Under the pieces are notes generated by a model. That model did not search any database. It saw only the letters and a program-made list of their open reading frames with translations, and was not told where the DNA came from. From assembly GCA_035420085.1 (NCBI GenBank), contig DAOLUH010000003.1:80106-144105 (forward strand): DNA of 64,000 bases, in the 5' to 3' direction. This document shows positions 17,051 through 26,522 of this stretch, piece after piece (position 1 is the first letter of the stretch; the number at the start of each line of letters is the position of its first letter). Both the position numbers and the translations under genes were made by a program. The DNA is from Anaerolineae bacterium (GTDB taxonomy: Bacteria > Chloroflexota > Anaerolineae > B4-G1 > SLSP01).

Positions 17051-18319
17051 ATGTTGAGTCAGATGATGACACACAAAGCATCCCCAGCACCAGCCTATAC
17101 CCAACGCAGTTTGGAACTGCGCGCGGCGGAGTATTATGCCAGTATACGCAAGCCACAGAGCGACTGGAAGTCTATTGAAGACTTAACACCACAACTGGCG
17201 GAGTTTGAACATTTGACACATGCAAAAAAATACGATTCGGCAGCGAGAGTATTAAGGAAAATTGACTTCAACTATCTCGACCTATGGGGATACCATGCCT
17301 ATTTGGCTGCGATGCGAGAAAAATTACTAGGACATATAACAGACGTTGGCGCTCAGGCATACAATTTCGGTAGTCTGGGACGTATTTATCACATTTTGGG
17401 AGAGACCGGGCAAGCTATCGATCTTTATGAGCAAGCACTAACTATTGTTCGAAGGATGAATAATCGGCGTTGGGAAAGCGCCTGGTTAGGAAATTTGGGC
17501 CATGCAAGTTATGATTTGGGACGGATTCAATGGGCCCAGGATCAACTTACTCGGGCTGTAATTCTTGCTCAAGAGGCTAGAAACCACCAAGGTGAAGCCA
17601 CCTGGCTCAATTATCTGGCAAATGTTTACCGTGCTTTGGGAGAACTACGACAAGCTGTCGCGTATTATGAGCAGGCTTTGAATATTGTGGGTGAAATAAG
17701 TGACCGTCGTAGAGAATGTCTTATCTTCAGTGACTTAGCGCGAGCTTACTACAGTTTGGGACAGGCTGAACAGATTGTTTCTTGCTGTGAGAAAGGCTTG
17801 ATTATTGCCCGAGAAATTGGTTATCACTATGGAGAAAGCTGTTGCCTTGTTGGTCTAGCAAAAGGGTCCCTCTTGCTAGGTGACTTCTACAGAGTCCAGC
17901 AATGCTGTACTGAATCTCTGGTTTTGGGTTATCCAGAAAGTAATTATCAAGCAGCATTATTGTGGGGTATTGGTCTTCTGCATCAGCAAGATCTATGTGC
18001 TCGTAATGTCTTTGTTGATGCAATCACACATTGTTTGGTTGTTCTAGATAAAACAGAAGATATGTTTGAAGTTCGTTACCTTTTGGCACTAGCTCTTGTC
18101 GGTCAAGCCGTCTGCGCCCCTTACTGGCCTGATCTTAGCCAGCGTACTGTCCTTCTTGCTCCCGCGCTGACCGAATATCGCCACGCCCTTAACATCACCG
18201 CTGCTCCTGGTGTTGTCAGCAATGCGCTACGCGACCTGGAACTCATCCGCGCGGCGGGTATCGAGGGCCTGGAGCCAGTTTTTGACCTCCTGGAAGGAGC
18301 GTTGCATGAGCAGTTCTAA
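17051..18319 (+). CDS. TPR-repeat protein, paralog 1 of 5 (STAND sensor-like module without NTPase)
   Basis: 422 aa. N-module 'YTQRSLELRAAEYYASIRKPQSDWKSIEDLTPQLAEFEHL', then TPR units (YEQAL.I.R......E...LGNLG..Y..LG). C-module 'ITAAPGVVSNALRDLELIRAAGIEGLEPVFDLLEGAL'. Confidence 0.85.
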   Translation: MLSQMMTHKASPAPAYTQRSLELRAAEYYASIRKPQSDWKSIEDLTPQLAEFEHLTHAKKYDSAARVLRKIDFNYLDLWGYHAYLAAMREKLLGHITDVGAQAYNFGSLGRIYHILGETGQAIDLYEQALTIVRRMNNRRWESAWLGNLGHASYDLGRIQWAQDQLTRAVILAQEARNHQGEATWLNYLANVYRALGELRQAVAYYEQALNIVGEISDRRRECLIFSDLARAYYSLGQAEQIVSCCEKGLIIAREIGYHYGESCCLVGLAKGSLLLGDFYRVQQCCTESLVLGYPESNYQAALLWGIGLLHQQDLCARNVFVDAITHCLVVLDKTEDMFEVRYLLALALVGQAVCAPYWPDLSQRTVLLAPALTEYRHALNITAAPGVVSNALRDLELIRAAGIEGLEPVFDLLEGALHEQF

Positions 18320-19841
18320 TTCCTACACCTGGCGCTCCTTGGAACTACGTGCAGCGGAGTATTATGCCCATATCTGCAAACCGGAGAGCGAGTGGAAAAC
18401 GCTTGGGGATTTAGCGCCTCAATTGGTAGAATTTGAACATTTGGTGAAAGCCGGTGCCTATGATGCGGCGTGCCAAGTCCTGGACAGTATAGATACCACC
18501 CACTTGTTCATATGGGGATATTATGCACTGCTTGTAGGAATGCGAAAAGCCTTGGTAGGAGAGATTCAGTTGTTGGCTTTACAGCTCAATAACTTCGAAG
18601 GGATGGCCAATGCTTTAAGAGTATTGGGAGAGTTGCAATCGGCCATTGCCCACTATGAACAAGGATTAACTCTAGCGCGTCACATCAGGGATCGGTCAAG
18701 AGAGGGAAAATTGCAAGGAAACCTGGGAAGTGCATATTGGGCATTAGGACAATATGAAAAGGGTCTAGCTTCTTATGAAAGTGCTTTAGCGATAGCAAGT
18801 GAAACAGGGGATCGGTGGGAAGAGTGCAAACAACTTAGCCGTTTGGGACGCACCTCCTATCAATTAGGATATTTTGCACAAGCCGTCATGTATCATGAAA
18901 AAGCTCTCACGATTGCTCGTGAAATCAGGAATCGTCAATGGGAAGGGTACATTTCAGGAGCACTAGGCAATATCCGGCGTGCTTTAGGGCAATTCGAAGC
19001 AGCACGTACCCTCTATGAAACAGCTTTGGCAATTGCGTACAAGACGGGGGAGCGCCGTGAAGAAGGTGTGCGTCACTGGAGTTTAGGGCGTCTCTACCAT
19101 GATCTGGGGCATCCTGAAAAAGCGTTGACCTTTTATGAGATAGCACTTCGGTTCAGTCGTGATACAGCAGCTCGAGTGGAAGAACAGAAAGTTCTCGGAA
19201 GTATAGGCGACATCTATCTTGATCTTGAAGATTATACACAAGCTCTAGATTACTACCAAAAGGCCCTGACGATCAATCAGGAAATTGGTTATCGAAGAGG
19301 TCAAGGATATCGTCTGTTGGGGCTACTAAAGGCTAAACTGGCAATTGGAGATTTCGCAGAAGTCCAACATTTGGAATCAGTGGCTATGTCATTCAAGATT
19401 CTTGAAGTTGATTATCACATCCAATTAATTCTGGGAATTGCTTATCTGTATCAGAATACCATGAAAGCATCCGAGTATATCGCCGGTGCTGTCACACAGA
19501 GTCAGGGATTGTTAGCAAAGAGTCGAGGGTTGTATGCTCCTCAATATGCTCTGGGCACTGCTCTGGTTGGTCAAGCTGCGTGCGATCCTCGCTGGCCTGA
19601 CTCCAACCAACACACTGTCTTGCTTGCTTCCGCTTTGGCAGAATACCGTCGTGCTCTTGATATCACCTCGGCTCCCGGTGTTGTCCGCGATGCGCTTCAC
19701 GATCTGAAACTGATCCGTGCTGCCGGCATCGACGGCCTGGAACCGGCATTTGCCTTGTTAGAACAAGCCATAGCTGATTGGCAATCCTTACCGGGTGACG
19801 CTTTACCGTCGCCCACGAGCTTACAGGAGGATACCGTATGA
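18306..19841 (+). CDS. TPR-repeat protein, paralog 2 of 5
   Basis: Track ORF 18210..19841, trimmed to ATG at 18306 (MSSSNSYTWRSLELRAAEYYAH...); 14-nt overlap with paralog 1. C-module 'ITSAPGVVRDALHDLKLIRAAGIDGLEPAFALLEQAI'. Confidence 0.85.
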   Translation: MSSSNSYTWRSLELRAAEYYAHICKPESEWKTLGDLAPQLVEFEHLVKAGAYDAACQVLDSIDTTHLFIWGYYALLVGMRKALVGEIQLLALQLNNFEGMANALRVLGELQSAIAHYEQGLTLARHIRDRSREGKLQGNLGSAYWALGQYEKGLASYESALAIASETGDRWEECKQLSRLGRTSYQLGYFAQAVMYHEKALTIAREIRNRQWEGYISGALGNIRRALGQFEAARTLYETALAIAYKTGERREEGVRHWSLGRLYHDLGHPEKALTFYEIALRFSRDTAARVEEQKVLGSIGDIYLDLEDYTQALDYYQKALTINQEIGYRRGQGYRLLGLLKAKLAIGDFAEVQHLESVAMSFKILEVDYHIQLILGIAYLYQNTMKASEYIAGAVTQSQGLLAKSRGLYAPQYALGTALVGQAACDPRWPDSNQHTVLLASALAEYRRALDITSAPGVVRDALHDLKLIRAAGIDGLEPAFALLEQAIADWQSLPGDALPSPTSLQEDTV

Positions 19842-21637
19842 CCACACCAAGTTTGACCCAGCATCTCAGCCCGTTGCGCCAGGTACTGGCTGCGCAGTTG
19901 ACCGCCGATGACTTGAGCACACTCTGCTTTGACTTGGGCCTGGATTATGACGCACTACCGGCTCAAGAGCAAGGCCACAAGGCACGCGAGTTGCTCAAGC
20001 GCATAGTCCAAGACGATCGTGTCTATGAATTGGTGAGTGCTGGCAAGTCTATTCGCCCTGATGTGACCTGGGATGCAGCCATTGCCGCCTGGTCGCAGGC
20101 GCAGCTAGATGCGGATATGACCTGGTGGCGCGCCAAGCGTGACTGGGATGACGCCGACCGCCGCGAGCGGCGTGAACGGCAGCGCGTGGTCAATGTCCGC
20201 CCTCTGGACGTCACACACACCTTCAAGGATCGTGTGCGCGAGGCCCTGGCATTGCGTGAACACCTAACCGATGGCACAGTGCGTCTAGTTAGTGTGGTAG
20301 GGCGCGGAGGAATGGGAAAGACGGCATTGGTCAGCCACGTGCTGGCCGACCTGGAAGAGATGATTACGCCCGTTGCTGAAGCTGTGCCGGATAAACGACC
20401 GGCGGGAATTCCACCTGCGCTTTACAGTCGCCTGCGCGCGGCCTTGCAGACGTGCGGAGCGTTCGACAGTGACGCGGCCTTGCGTGCTATCTTTGTAGAT
20501 GCGCGACTGGCTCCCTGGCAGAGCCAAATCCCTGAAGCAGATAGCGTCTTTGCCCGTATTCAGCGGACAATTGCCTTCCTGTTTGCGCACACGGCTGATG
20601 CTTCTGGACATCCAGAAAATGCGCTGGCGTTGTTACTGCACGTTCTGAGCGAACAAACGGAAACCGGGGATGCCAATCAGCGTCGTTTACTAGAACTGGC
20701 GGAGGAACTTGTGGCATTGACCAAGACGCCGACCGAAACGCTATCTGGGGCACAGGACGGGACAGCCGCGCAACCGGTGGATGGGATACTCTACCTGAGT
20801 GCGCGTAGCACGGGACTGAGCCTGGAACGCATTTACACGGATGTGGGACGGATGTTGGGCGATCCCGTAGCAAGTCGCCTGGCAGCGCGGTGGGCTGACC
20901 GCGACACACCATTGGCCGCCAAGGTGGAGTACCTGCTGGAAACGTTGCAAGAAGGTGTATATGTCATCTTGCTCGATAACCTGGAAGATGTGTTGGGTGA
21001 CGATAATGCCATTCAGGAAGAAGGACTGCGGCTCTTCGTAGAACGCTGTATGCTACAACCGGGTGGGGCGCGGTTGATTACGACCTCGCGGGAGCAGGTC
21101 TCCGTGGCGCCGGCGGCGGTGCGGAGTGCGCGGCACATCCCCCTGCGAGAAGGGCTGCCGGAAGATGATGCTGTAGCCTTGCTGCGCGACTTCGACAGCG
21201 ACGGTCGCCTGGGATTGCGTGACGCACCGGAAGCCGATTTGCGCCGGGCAGTACAGCTTACGCAAGGCATCCCGCGCGCATTGGAGATCCTGGCCGGCAT
21301 CCTGGATCGGGATCCAACGCAGACGTTGAGCGAGTTATTGGCCGATGAAACTGTCTTTGGTGAACAAGTGATGGAGAGCTTGATTGCCGCCGGATACGAA
21401 CGTTTGGGTGAAGACGAACGGCGTGTGTTGGAAGCGTTGGCTGTTTTCAATCGACCTGTGGATGCTACCGCAATTGCGTTCCTGCTGCAACCCTGGTTCC
21501 CTGCATTGGATGTGCGCACCAGTCTGCGGCGGTTGGTCAACAGCTACTTCGTGACTTTTAACCGGGCGACGGGTGAGTACAGCTTGCATCCGATGGATCG
21601 CGAGTATATGTACCGGCGGATTCCAGAGGAAGCGTGA
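19838..21637 (+). CDS. NB-ARC-type STAND NTPase with a small N-terminal helical (EAD/death-like) domain and no repeat sensor
   Basis: 599 aa. N-terminus 'LRQVLAAQLTADDLSTLCFDLGLDYDALPAQEQGHKARELLKRIVQDDRVYELV'. Walker A 'VSVVGRGGMGKTALVSHVL'. Walker B 'VYVILLDNLEDV'. 'LITTSRE' and a winged-helix-like end '...YSLHPMDREYMYRRI'. About 150 aa are inserted between Walker A and Walker B. 4-nt overlaps with both neighbours. Confidence 0.85.
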   Translation: MTTPSLTQHLSPLRQVLAAQLTADDLSTLCFDLGLDYDALPAQEQGHKARELLKRIVQDDRVYELVSAGKSIRPDVTWDAAIAAWSQAQLDADMTWWRAKRDWDDADRRERRERQRVVNVRPLDVTHTFKDRVREALALREHLTDGTVRLVSVVGRGGMGKTALVSHVLADLEEMITPVAEAVPDKRPAGIPPALYSRLRAALQTCGAFDSDAALRAIFVDARLAPWQSQIPEADSVFARIQRTIAFLFAHTADASGHPENALALLLHVLSEQTETGDANQRRLLELAEELVALTKTPTETLSGAQDGTAAQPVDGILYLSARSTGLSLERIYTDVGRMLGDPVASRLAARWADRDTPLAAKVEYLLETLQEGVYVILLDNLEDVLGDDNAIQEEGLRLFVERCMLQPGGARLITTSREQVSVAPAAVRSARHIPLREGLPEDDAVALLRDFDSDGRLGLRDAPEADLRRAVQLTQGIPRALEILAGILDRDPTQTLSELLADETVFGEQVMESLIAAGYERLGEDERRVLEALAVFNRPVDATAIAFLLQPWFPALDVRTSLRRLVNSYFVTFNRATGEYSLHPMDREYMYRRIPEEA

Positions 21638-23130
21638 AAGATAAGCAGGCTTTCAACAGTGAGCCGATGTCGTACACACGCCAGGCTCTAGAATTGCGTG
21701 CGGCGGATTACTATGCCAGTATACGTAAGCCGGAGTATGAGTGGAAATCTATCGAGGATTTGATCCCGCAACTTACACAGTTCAGACATCAGGTGTGTGC
21801 GTTAGATTACGAAGGCGCTAGTCAAACTCTCCGGGCAATCGATTATGATTACCTCTACCTTTGGGGGTATTACGCACGACTGATCGACTTACACAGCCAA
21901 TTGTTGGGGAACCTGCAAACTCCTCGTCTGGTGATGGATAACCTCGTTGGTCTGGGACGTGTTTGTCGCGCTACCGGCAAATTTACTCAGGCAGTTACAT
22001 ACTACGAAAAGGCTTTGGATGTTGGCGGCACAATCGATGACTCATATAGAAAAAGTGTGCTGTTTGGCCACTTGGGTAGCGTGTATCGTGCTTTGGGCAA
22101 GATCAAACAGGCTATTGAGTTCTACGAGCAGGCTTTAACACTGGCCCTGGAGGTCGCGGATCGCCGTTTACAATGTGATCAACTTGGACACCTGGGGATG
22201 TGTTACCGAAGTCTCGGCGCAATGCACCAAGGTATCCAGTATCATCAGCAGGCTCTCGCCATTGCGCGGGAGATCGGCAATCGTGCTCTGGAAGGTGCCA
22301 ACCTGAGTAGCCTTGGCAGCGCTATGCGCGCGATCGGTAAAATCGAGGAATCTTTGATTTACTACCGACAGGCTCTAGATATTGCGCGACAAACCCGCGA
22401 CCGGCGTGTTGAGGGCTTTGCTTTATCCAGTATGGGCGGTGCGTATCGAGCCTTGGGCGACATCAACTATGCTATTGAATGTTACAGGCAGGCGCTTGAA
22501 ATAGCGCGTGAAACCGGTTATCGCCAAGGAGAGGCGATAGACCTGGGCGACATAGCCAGTGTTTACTACACGTTAGGCAAATATGACCAGGCGCTAGAGT
22601 TGTATGAGCAAGCTCTCAAGATCAGTAGTGAGATAGGGGACTCCCGGCAAGTTGGATATCATCTCGTTGGCCTTGGCAAAACCTGGTTGGCAATGGGACC
22701 CTATTCCAGAGCCATCGACTGTTTTAGGCAATCACTCGACGTGGGCTTACCGGATTCAGCTTACCGTGCGGCATTGGGATTGGCTGTGACCTATCTGACA
22801 CTTGGAAAACCTGAAGCTGCAGCCGCGTTTGGGGACGCGATAGTCCGTAGTAGAGTGCTATTGGATAAAACCCAGGATAATTACCGGGCGTTATATGCAC
22901 TTGCTACTGCCAAGGTAGGCGTTGCCATCTGCGACCCACTTTGGAACAATGTCCGTAGACGCGCCGATCTTCTAGCCCCTGCATTGGATAAGTATCGGCG
23001 GGCTTTGGAAATCACCGCTATGCCTGGTGTTGTACGGGATGCCTTGCGCGACCTCGAACTCATCCGCGCTGTTGGCGTTGAGGGCCTGGAACCAGTGTTT
23101 GCACTCCTGGAAGGGGGATTGAATGGATAG
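21634..23130 (+). CDS. TPR-repeat protein, paralog 3 of 5
   Basis: 498 aa. 'YTRQALELRAADYYASIRKPEYEWKSIEDLIPQLTQFRHQ' ... 'ITAMPGVVRDALRDLELIRAVGVEGLEPVFALLEGGL'. Start overlaps the NTPase stop. Confidence 0.85.
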   Translation: MKDKQAFNSEPMSYTRQALELRAADYYASIRKPEYEWKSIEDLIPQLTQFRHQVCALDYEGASQTLRAIDYDYLYLWGYYARLIDLHSQLLGNLQTPRLVMDNLVGLGRVCRATGKFTQAVTYYEKALDVGGTIDDSYRKSVLFGHLGSVYRALGKIKQAIEFYEQALTLALEVADRRLQCDQLGHLGMCYRSLGAMHQGIQYHQQALAIAREIGNRALEGANLSSLGSAMRAIGKIEESLIYYRQALDIARQTRDRRVEGFALSSMGGAYRALGDINYAIECYRQALEIARETGYRQGEAIDLGDIASVYYTLGKYDQALELYEQALKISSEIGDSRQVGYHLVGLGKTWLAMGPYSRAIDCFRQSLDVGLPDSAYRAALGLAVTYLTLGKPEAAAAFGDAIVRSRVLLDKTQDNYRALYALATAKVGVAICDPLWNNVRRRADLLAPALDKYRRALEITAMPGVVRDALRDLELIRAVGVEGLEPVFALLEGGLNG

Positions 23131-24844
23131 TCCCGATCCTTACAATCGCCGTAACCTGGAACTGCGAGTAGCGGAATACTACGCCAGTATTCGCAAGCCA
23201 GAGAGCGAGTGGAAGACGATTGAGGATTTGACCGCACTATTATCGGAAGTCGAACATCGTTTCTGTGGCGGTGACTGTGATGGCATGGCCAGGTTGCTGG
23301 ATTTGATTGATGTTGATTACTTATTCTTATGGGGATATCATCATCACTTGATTAGACTGCGCGAACAACTGATCAATTGTCACATCGAACCACGTTTGCA
23401 GGTTCAGAACTTAGGTCGATTGGGACGCATAGCGCACAGCATAGGGCGATTCAATCGAGCAATCGAATATCATCAACAGGCCTTGCGTATTATCGAGGAT
23501 GCCGGTTTGGATGACAATGTGGAAAAATGCAAACATCTGGGTTATCTCGGTACCAATTATCACTTCCAGGGCCAGGCTGGAAAAGCGATTGATTACTATC
23601 AGAGGGCGTTAGCCCTTGCCCGCAGTGTACACGACCGTGGCTTTGAAAGTATCTGGTTGGGCTATTTGGGATACGCTTATCGTATTATCGGAGAGTTGGA
23701 TCAGTCGGTCACTTGCTTGGAACGTGCCTTGCAGATCGCGCGGGTGATAGGTGACCGTCGGGAGGAGCAGCGTCATCTTGGCAACCTGGGTAGCACTTAC
23801 TATGATTTAGGAGAAACGGAAAAGGCCCTAACCTACTATCGTGACGCCGTTGCCATTGCACAAGAACTTGGCTATCGGCGGTATGTTGGAATCTGGCAAG
23901 GGGCTTTGGGTGAAGTGTATCGGGACCTGAGGTATTTAGATCAAGCGATTCGGGTGTGTCAAGAGTCTCTGGCTATAGCTCGAGAGGTTGATGACAGATG
24001 GAGTGAAACCCTCTGGTTACGATCATTAGGTAATGCTTACTATAATGTGGGGCAGTTCGAAGAAGCTATCCGTGTTGCCAACCAGGGGCTTGCGATCGCG
24101 CAGCAGATTGGCGATCGGGTATCAGAAGGCGGACATCTGGGTATCTTGTGCAGAACATATCTGTCGCTTGGATTCAATGATCAAGCATTTGAGTATGGTC
24201 AAAATGCGTTAACCGTGACTCGAAGCACGCATGAACCTCGGAATATGTGTGTTCGACTTTGCGATTTCGGGGCTGTCTGTTTCAGCCTTGAGCAACTCGA
24301 ACTTGCGCTTCAGCATTATACGCAAGCTTTAATCCTCGCCCGTGAGGGAGGTGAACCCTATAAGGTGAGTTATTGCTTGTTGGGAATGGCGAGAGTTTTG
24401 CTTGGTGAAGGGCGCTACAGCGAAGCCGAACCGTACAGTCGCGAAGCTTGCACATTGGATGTGCCAGCAACTAAACATCAAGCAGCTCTAGGTTTGGCCT
24501 TTTCACATCTCTATCAATGCAGTATATCGGCTGTGGAAAGTTTCACGGATGCAATTGCAGAATGTCAGACTATCCTGAATAAAACGCCAACGTTATATAA
24601 GACCCGTTACGTCTTGGCGACTGCGATGGTGGGGCAAGCCGTATGTCACTCAAGATGGGGAAATATTGGCGAAAAGAGAACGTTGTTGGTTCCCGCTCTC
24701 GTCGAATATCGCCGCGCGCTGGACATCACATCTGCCCCTGGCGTCGTGCGTGACGCCCTCCGCGACCTGGAACTCATACGTGCTGCCGGTGTCGAGGGTT
24801 TGGAGCCGGCATTTGAACTGCTGGAAGGTGCGTTGAATGAGTAG
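23123..24844 (+). CDS. TPR-repeat protein, paralog 4 of 5
   Basis: 573 aa. 'YNRRNLELRVAEYYASIRKPESEWKTIEDL' ... 'ITSAPGVVRDALRDLELIRAAGVEGLEPAFELLEGAL'. 8-nt overlap with paralog 3. Confidence 0.85.
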   Translation: MDSPDPYNRRNLELRVAEYYASIRKPESEWKTIEDLTALLSEVEHRFCGGDCDGMARLLDLIDVDYLFLWGYHHHLIRLREQLINCHIEPRLQVQNLGRLGRIAHSIGRFNRAIEYHQQALRIIEDAGLDDNVEKCKHLGYLGTNYHFQGQAGKAIDYYQRALALARSVHDRGFESIWLGYLGYAYRIIGELDQSVTCLERALQIARVIGDRREEQRHLGNLGSTYYDLGETEKALTYYRDAVAIAQELGYRRYVGIWQGALGEVYRDLRYLDQAIRVCQESLAIAREVDDRWSETLWLRSLGNAYYNVGQFEEAIRVANQGLAIAQQIGDRVSEGGHLGILCRTYLSLGFNDQAFEYGQNALTVTRSTHEPRNMCVRLCDFGAVCFSLEQLELALQHYTQALILAREGGEPYKVSYCLLGMARVLLGEGRYSEAEPYSREACTLDVPATKHQAALGLAFSHLYQCSISAVESFTDAIAECQTILNKTPTLYKTRYVLATAMVGQAVCHSRWGNIGEKRTLLVPALVEYRRALDITSAPGVVRDALRDLELIRAAGVEGLEPAFELLEGALNE

Positions 24845-26468
24845 CACTTATCCCTACACTCGCCGCGCTATGGAGTTACGAGCAGCGGAATACTATGCCA
24901 GCATCCGCAAACCGGAACAAGAATGGCGATCTATTGAAGATTTGACTCCCCAATTGACAGAGTTTGAGCATCGCGTTCAGGGTGGAGACCATGACGCCGC
25001 GTGTATACTTCTCAATTGGATTGACTATGAGTATCTGTTTCGCTGGGGAAATTACAACTGGCTGCTGCAATTGCGGAAGCAGTTGAATGGTCGCTTACAC
25101 GATGTACTTCTTCAGGCGATGAATCAGGATGGATTAGGTTTCGTGCTCCTGGCACTGGGGCAAATCCGGGAAGCCATTGCGTTGCACGAGGACAGCTTGG
25201 CCCTTGCCGAACAAATAGGGGATCCGCAATTGGTCTGCCAGGTCTTGAATCATTTAGGAACTGCCTATCGCGATCTGGGGGAAGCAACCAGGGCGATTCG
25301 ATTGTATGAGGAAGCACTAAAGATAGCGCAAGACCTGTACTTTCGAGATCGTGAAGGGACGATTCTTGGAAACTTGGGGAACGCTTATCACAACTTGGGG
25401 GATTTTGAGCAGGCAATTGGGTTCTATGGGCAAAGTCTGTCCATTTACCGTGAGTTAGGTAATCGCCGCAGGGAAGGGGCAGAATTAAGTAACTTGGCCA
25501 ATACATACCGGGCAATGAAACAGTGTCATACAGCTTTGCGACATTACGAAACAGCGTTGGCTATCGCTCAGGAGATCAATGACGCGCTGTCTGAAAGCGA
25601 AACGTTAGGGGGCTTGGGCGTCGTATACCGTGAGTTAGGACAGTTTGAGTCGGCGCGCGATCTCTCTGAAAAGGCCCTGGCGATTGCCCGAGCTATCTCG
25701 GCTCGACGTTACGAAGGATTGAACCTGGGCCGCTTGGGTATCATCAATCAGTGCCTTGGGCAATATGCAACAGCACAAGCATACTATGCACAGGCACATT
25801 CCATCGCGTCGGAGATCGAGGATGTGCGCTATGTACGTGCTTGGTCGCATTATCTGGGAACTCTGTACCGTGCCTTGGGAGATTTTGACAAAGCAGTTGT
25901 CCATCACCGGCAAGCATTACCTGAAGGATACGAGGGTGAAGACAGGTCAGGGAAGGGTATCCATCTGCTGGGTCTAGGCAAAGCTCTGCTTGCACAGGGC
26001 CAGTTCGCGGAAGCCCGGTTGTGCTTTGAAGAAGCTTACACGCACAACACAGCCATCCGACATCAGGTACGGTTGATGCAAGGTGTGACTTGTCTGCATA
26101 TTCGGCATACGGCGTGCGCTGAATATTTTCGCACCGCTGTTGACCACTGTCGCGAAATGCTGCAAGCGGGGGACCTATATGAGACTCACTATACCCTGGC
26201 CATTTCTCTGGTTGGTCAGGCTGTCTGTGATCCACATTGGGATGACGCCACTCAACGCGCTGATCTCCTTGCCCTTGCGTTGACCGAGTATCGGCGCGCC
26301 TTGGGAATCACTGCTGCCCCTGGCGTTGTACGCGATGCTTTGCGCGACCTTGAACTCATCCGTGCTGCCGGCGTTGAGGGTGTGGAACCGGCGTTCGCGT
26401 TGTTGGAGCAGGCGCTCAAACGTGACACGCCTGCTACCAAGGGTGGTTCTGATCTCAGCACAGTGTAA
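24837..26468 (+). CDS. TPR-repeat protein, paralog 5 of 5
   Basis: 543 aa. 'YTRRAMELRAAEYYASIRKPEQEWRSIEDL' ... 'ITAAPGVVRDALRDLELIRAAGVEGVEPAFALLEQAL'. 8-nt overlap with paralog 4. Confidence 0.85.
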   Translation: MSSTYPYTRRAMELRAAEYYASIRKPEQEWRSIEDLTPQLTEFEHRVQGGDHDAACILLNWIDYEYLFRWGNYNWLLQLRKQLNGRLHDVLLQAMNQDGLGFVLLALGQIREAIALHEDSLALAEQIGDPQLVCQVLNHLGTAYRDLGEATRAIRLYEEALKIAQDLYFRDREGTILGNLGNAYHNLGDFEQAIGFYGQSLSIYRELGNRRREGAELSNLANTYRAMKQCHTALRHYETALAIAQEINDALSESETLGGLGVVYRELGQFESARDLSEKALAIARAISARRYEGLNLGRLGIINQCLGQYATAQAYYAQAHSIASEIEDVRYVRAWSHYLGTLYRALGDFDKAVVHHRQALPEGYEGEDRSGKGIHLLGLGKALLAQGQFAEARLCFEEAYTHNTAIRHQVRLMQGVTCLHIRHTACAEYFRTAVDHCREMLQAGDLYETHYTLAISLVGQAVCDPHWDDATQRADLLALALTEYRRALGITAAPGVVRDALRDLELIRAAGVEGVEPAFALLEQALKRDTPATKGGSDLSTV

Positions 26469-26473
26469 TTGTC

Positions 26474-26514
26474 GTCGCCAGTGTTGCTGACTGATGAACA
26501 GCAACACTGGCGAC
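26474..26514. terminator. perfect 16-bp inverted repeat between convergent genes (possible bidirectional terminator; no T-tract)
   Basis: GTCGCCAGTGTTGCTG (26474-26489), 9-nt loop, CAGCAACACTGGCGAC (26499-26514). Confidence 0.35.
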
Positions 26515-26522
26515 AACTCTGC

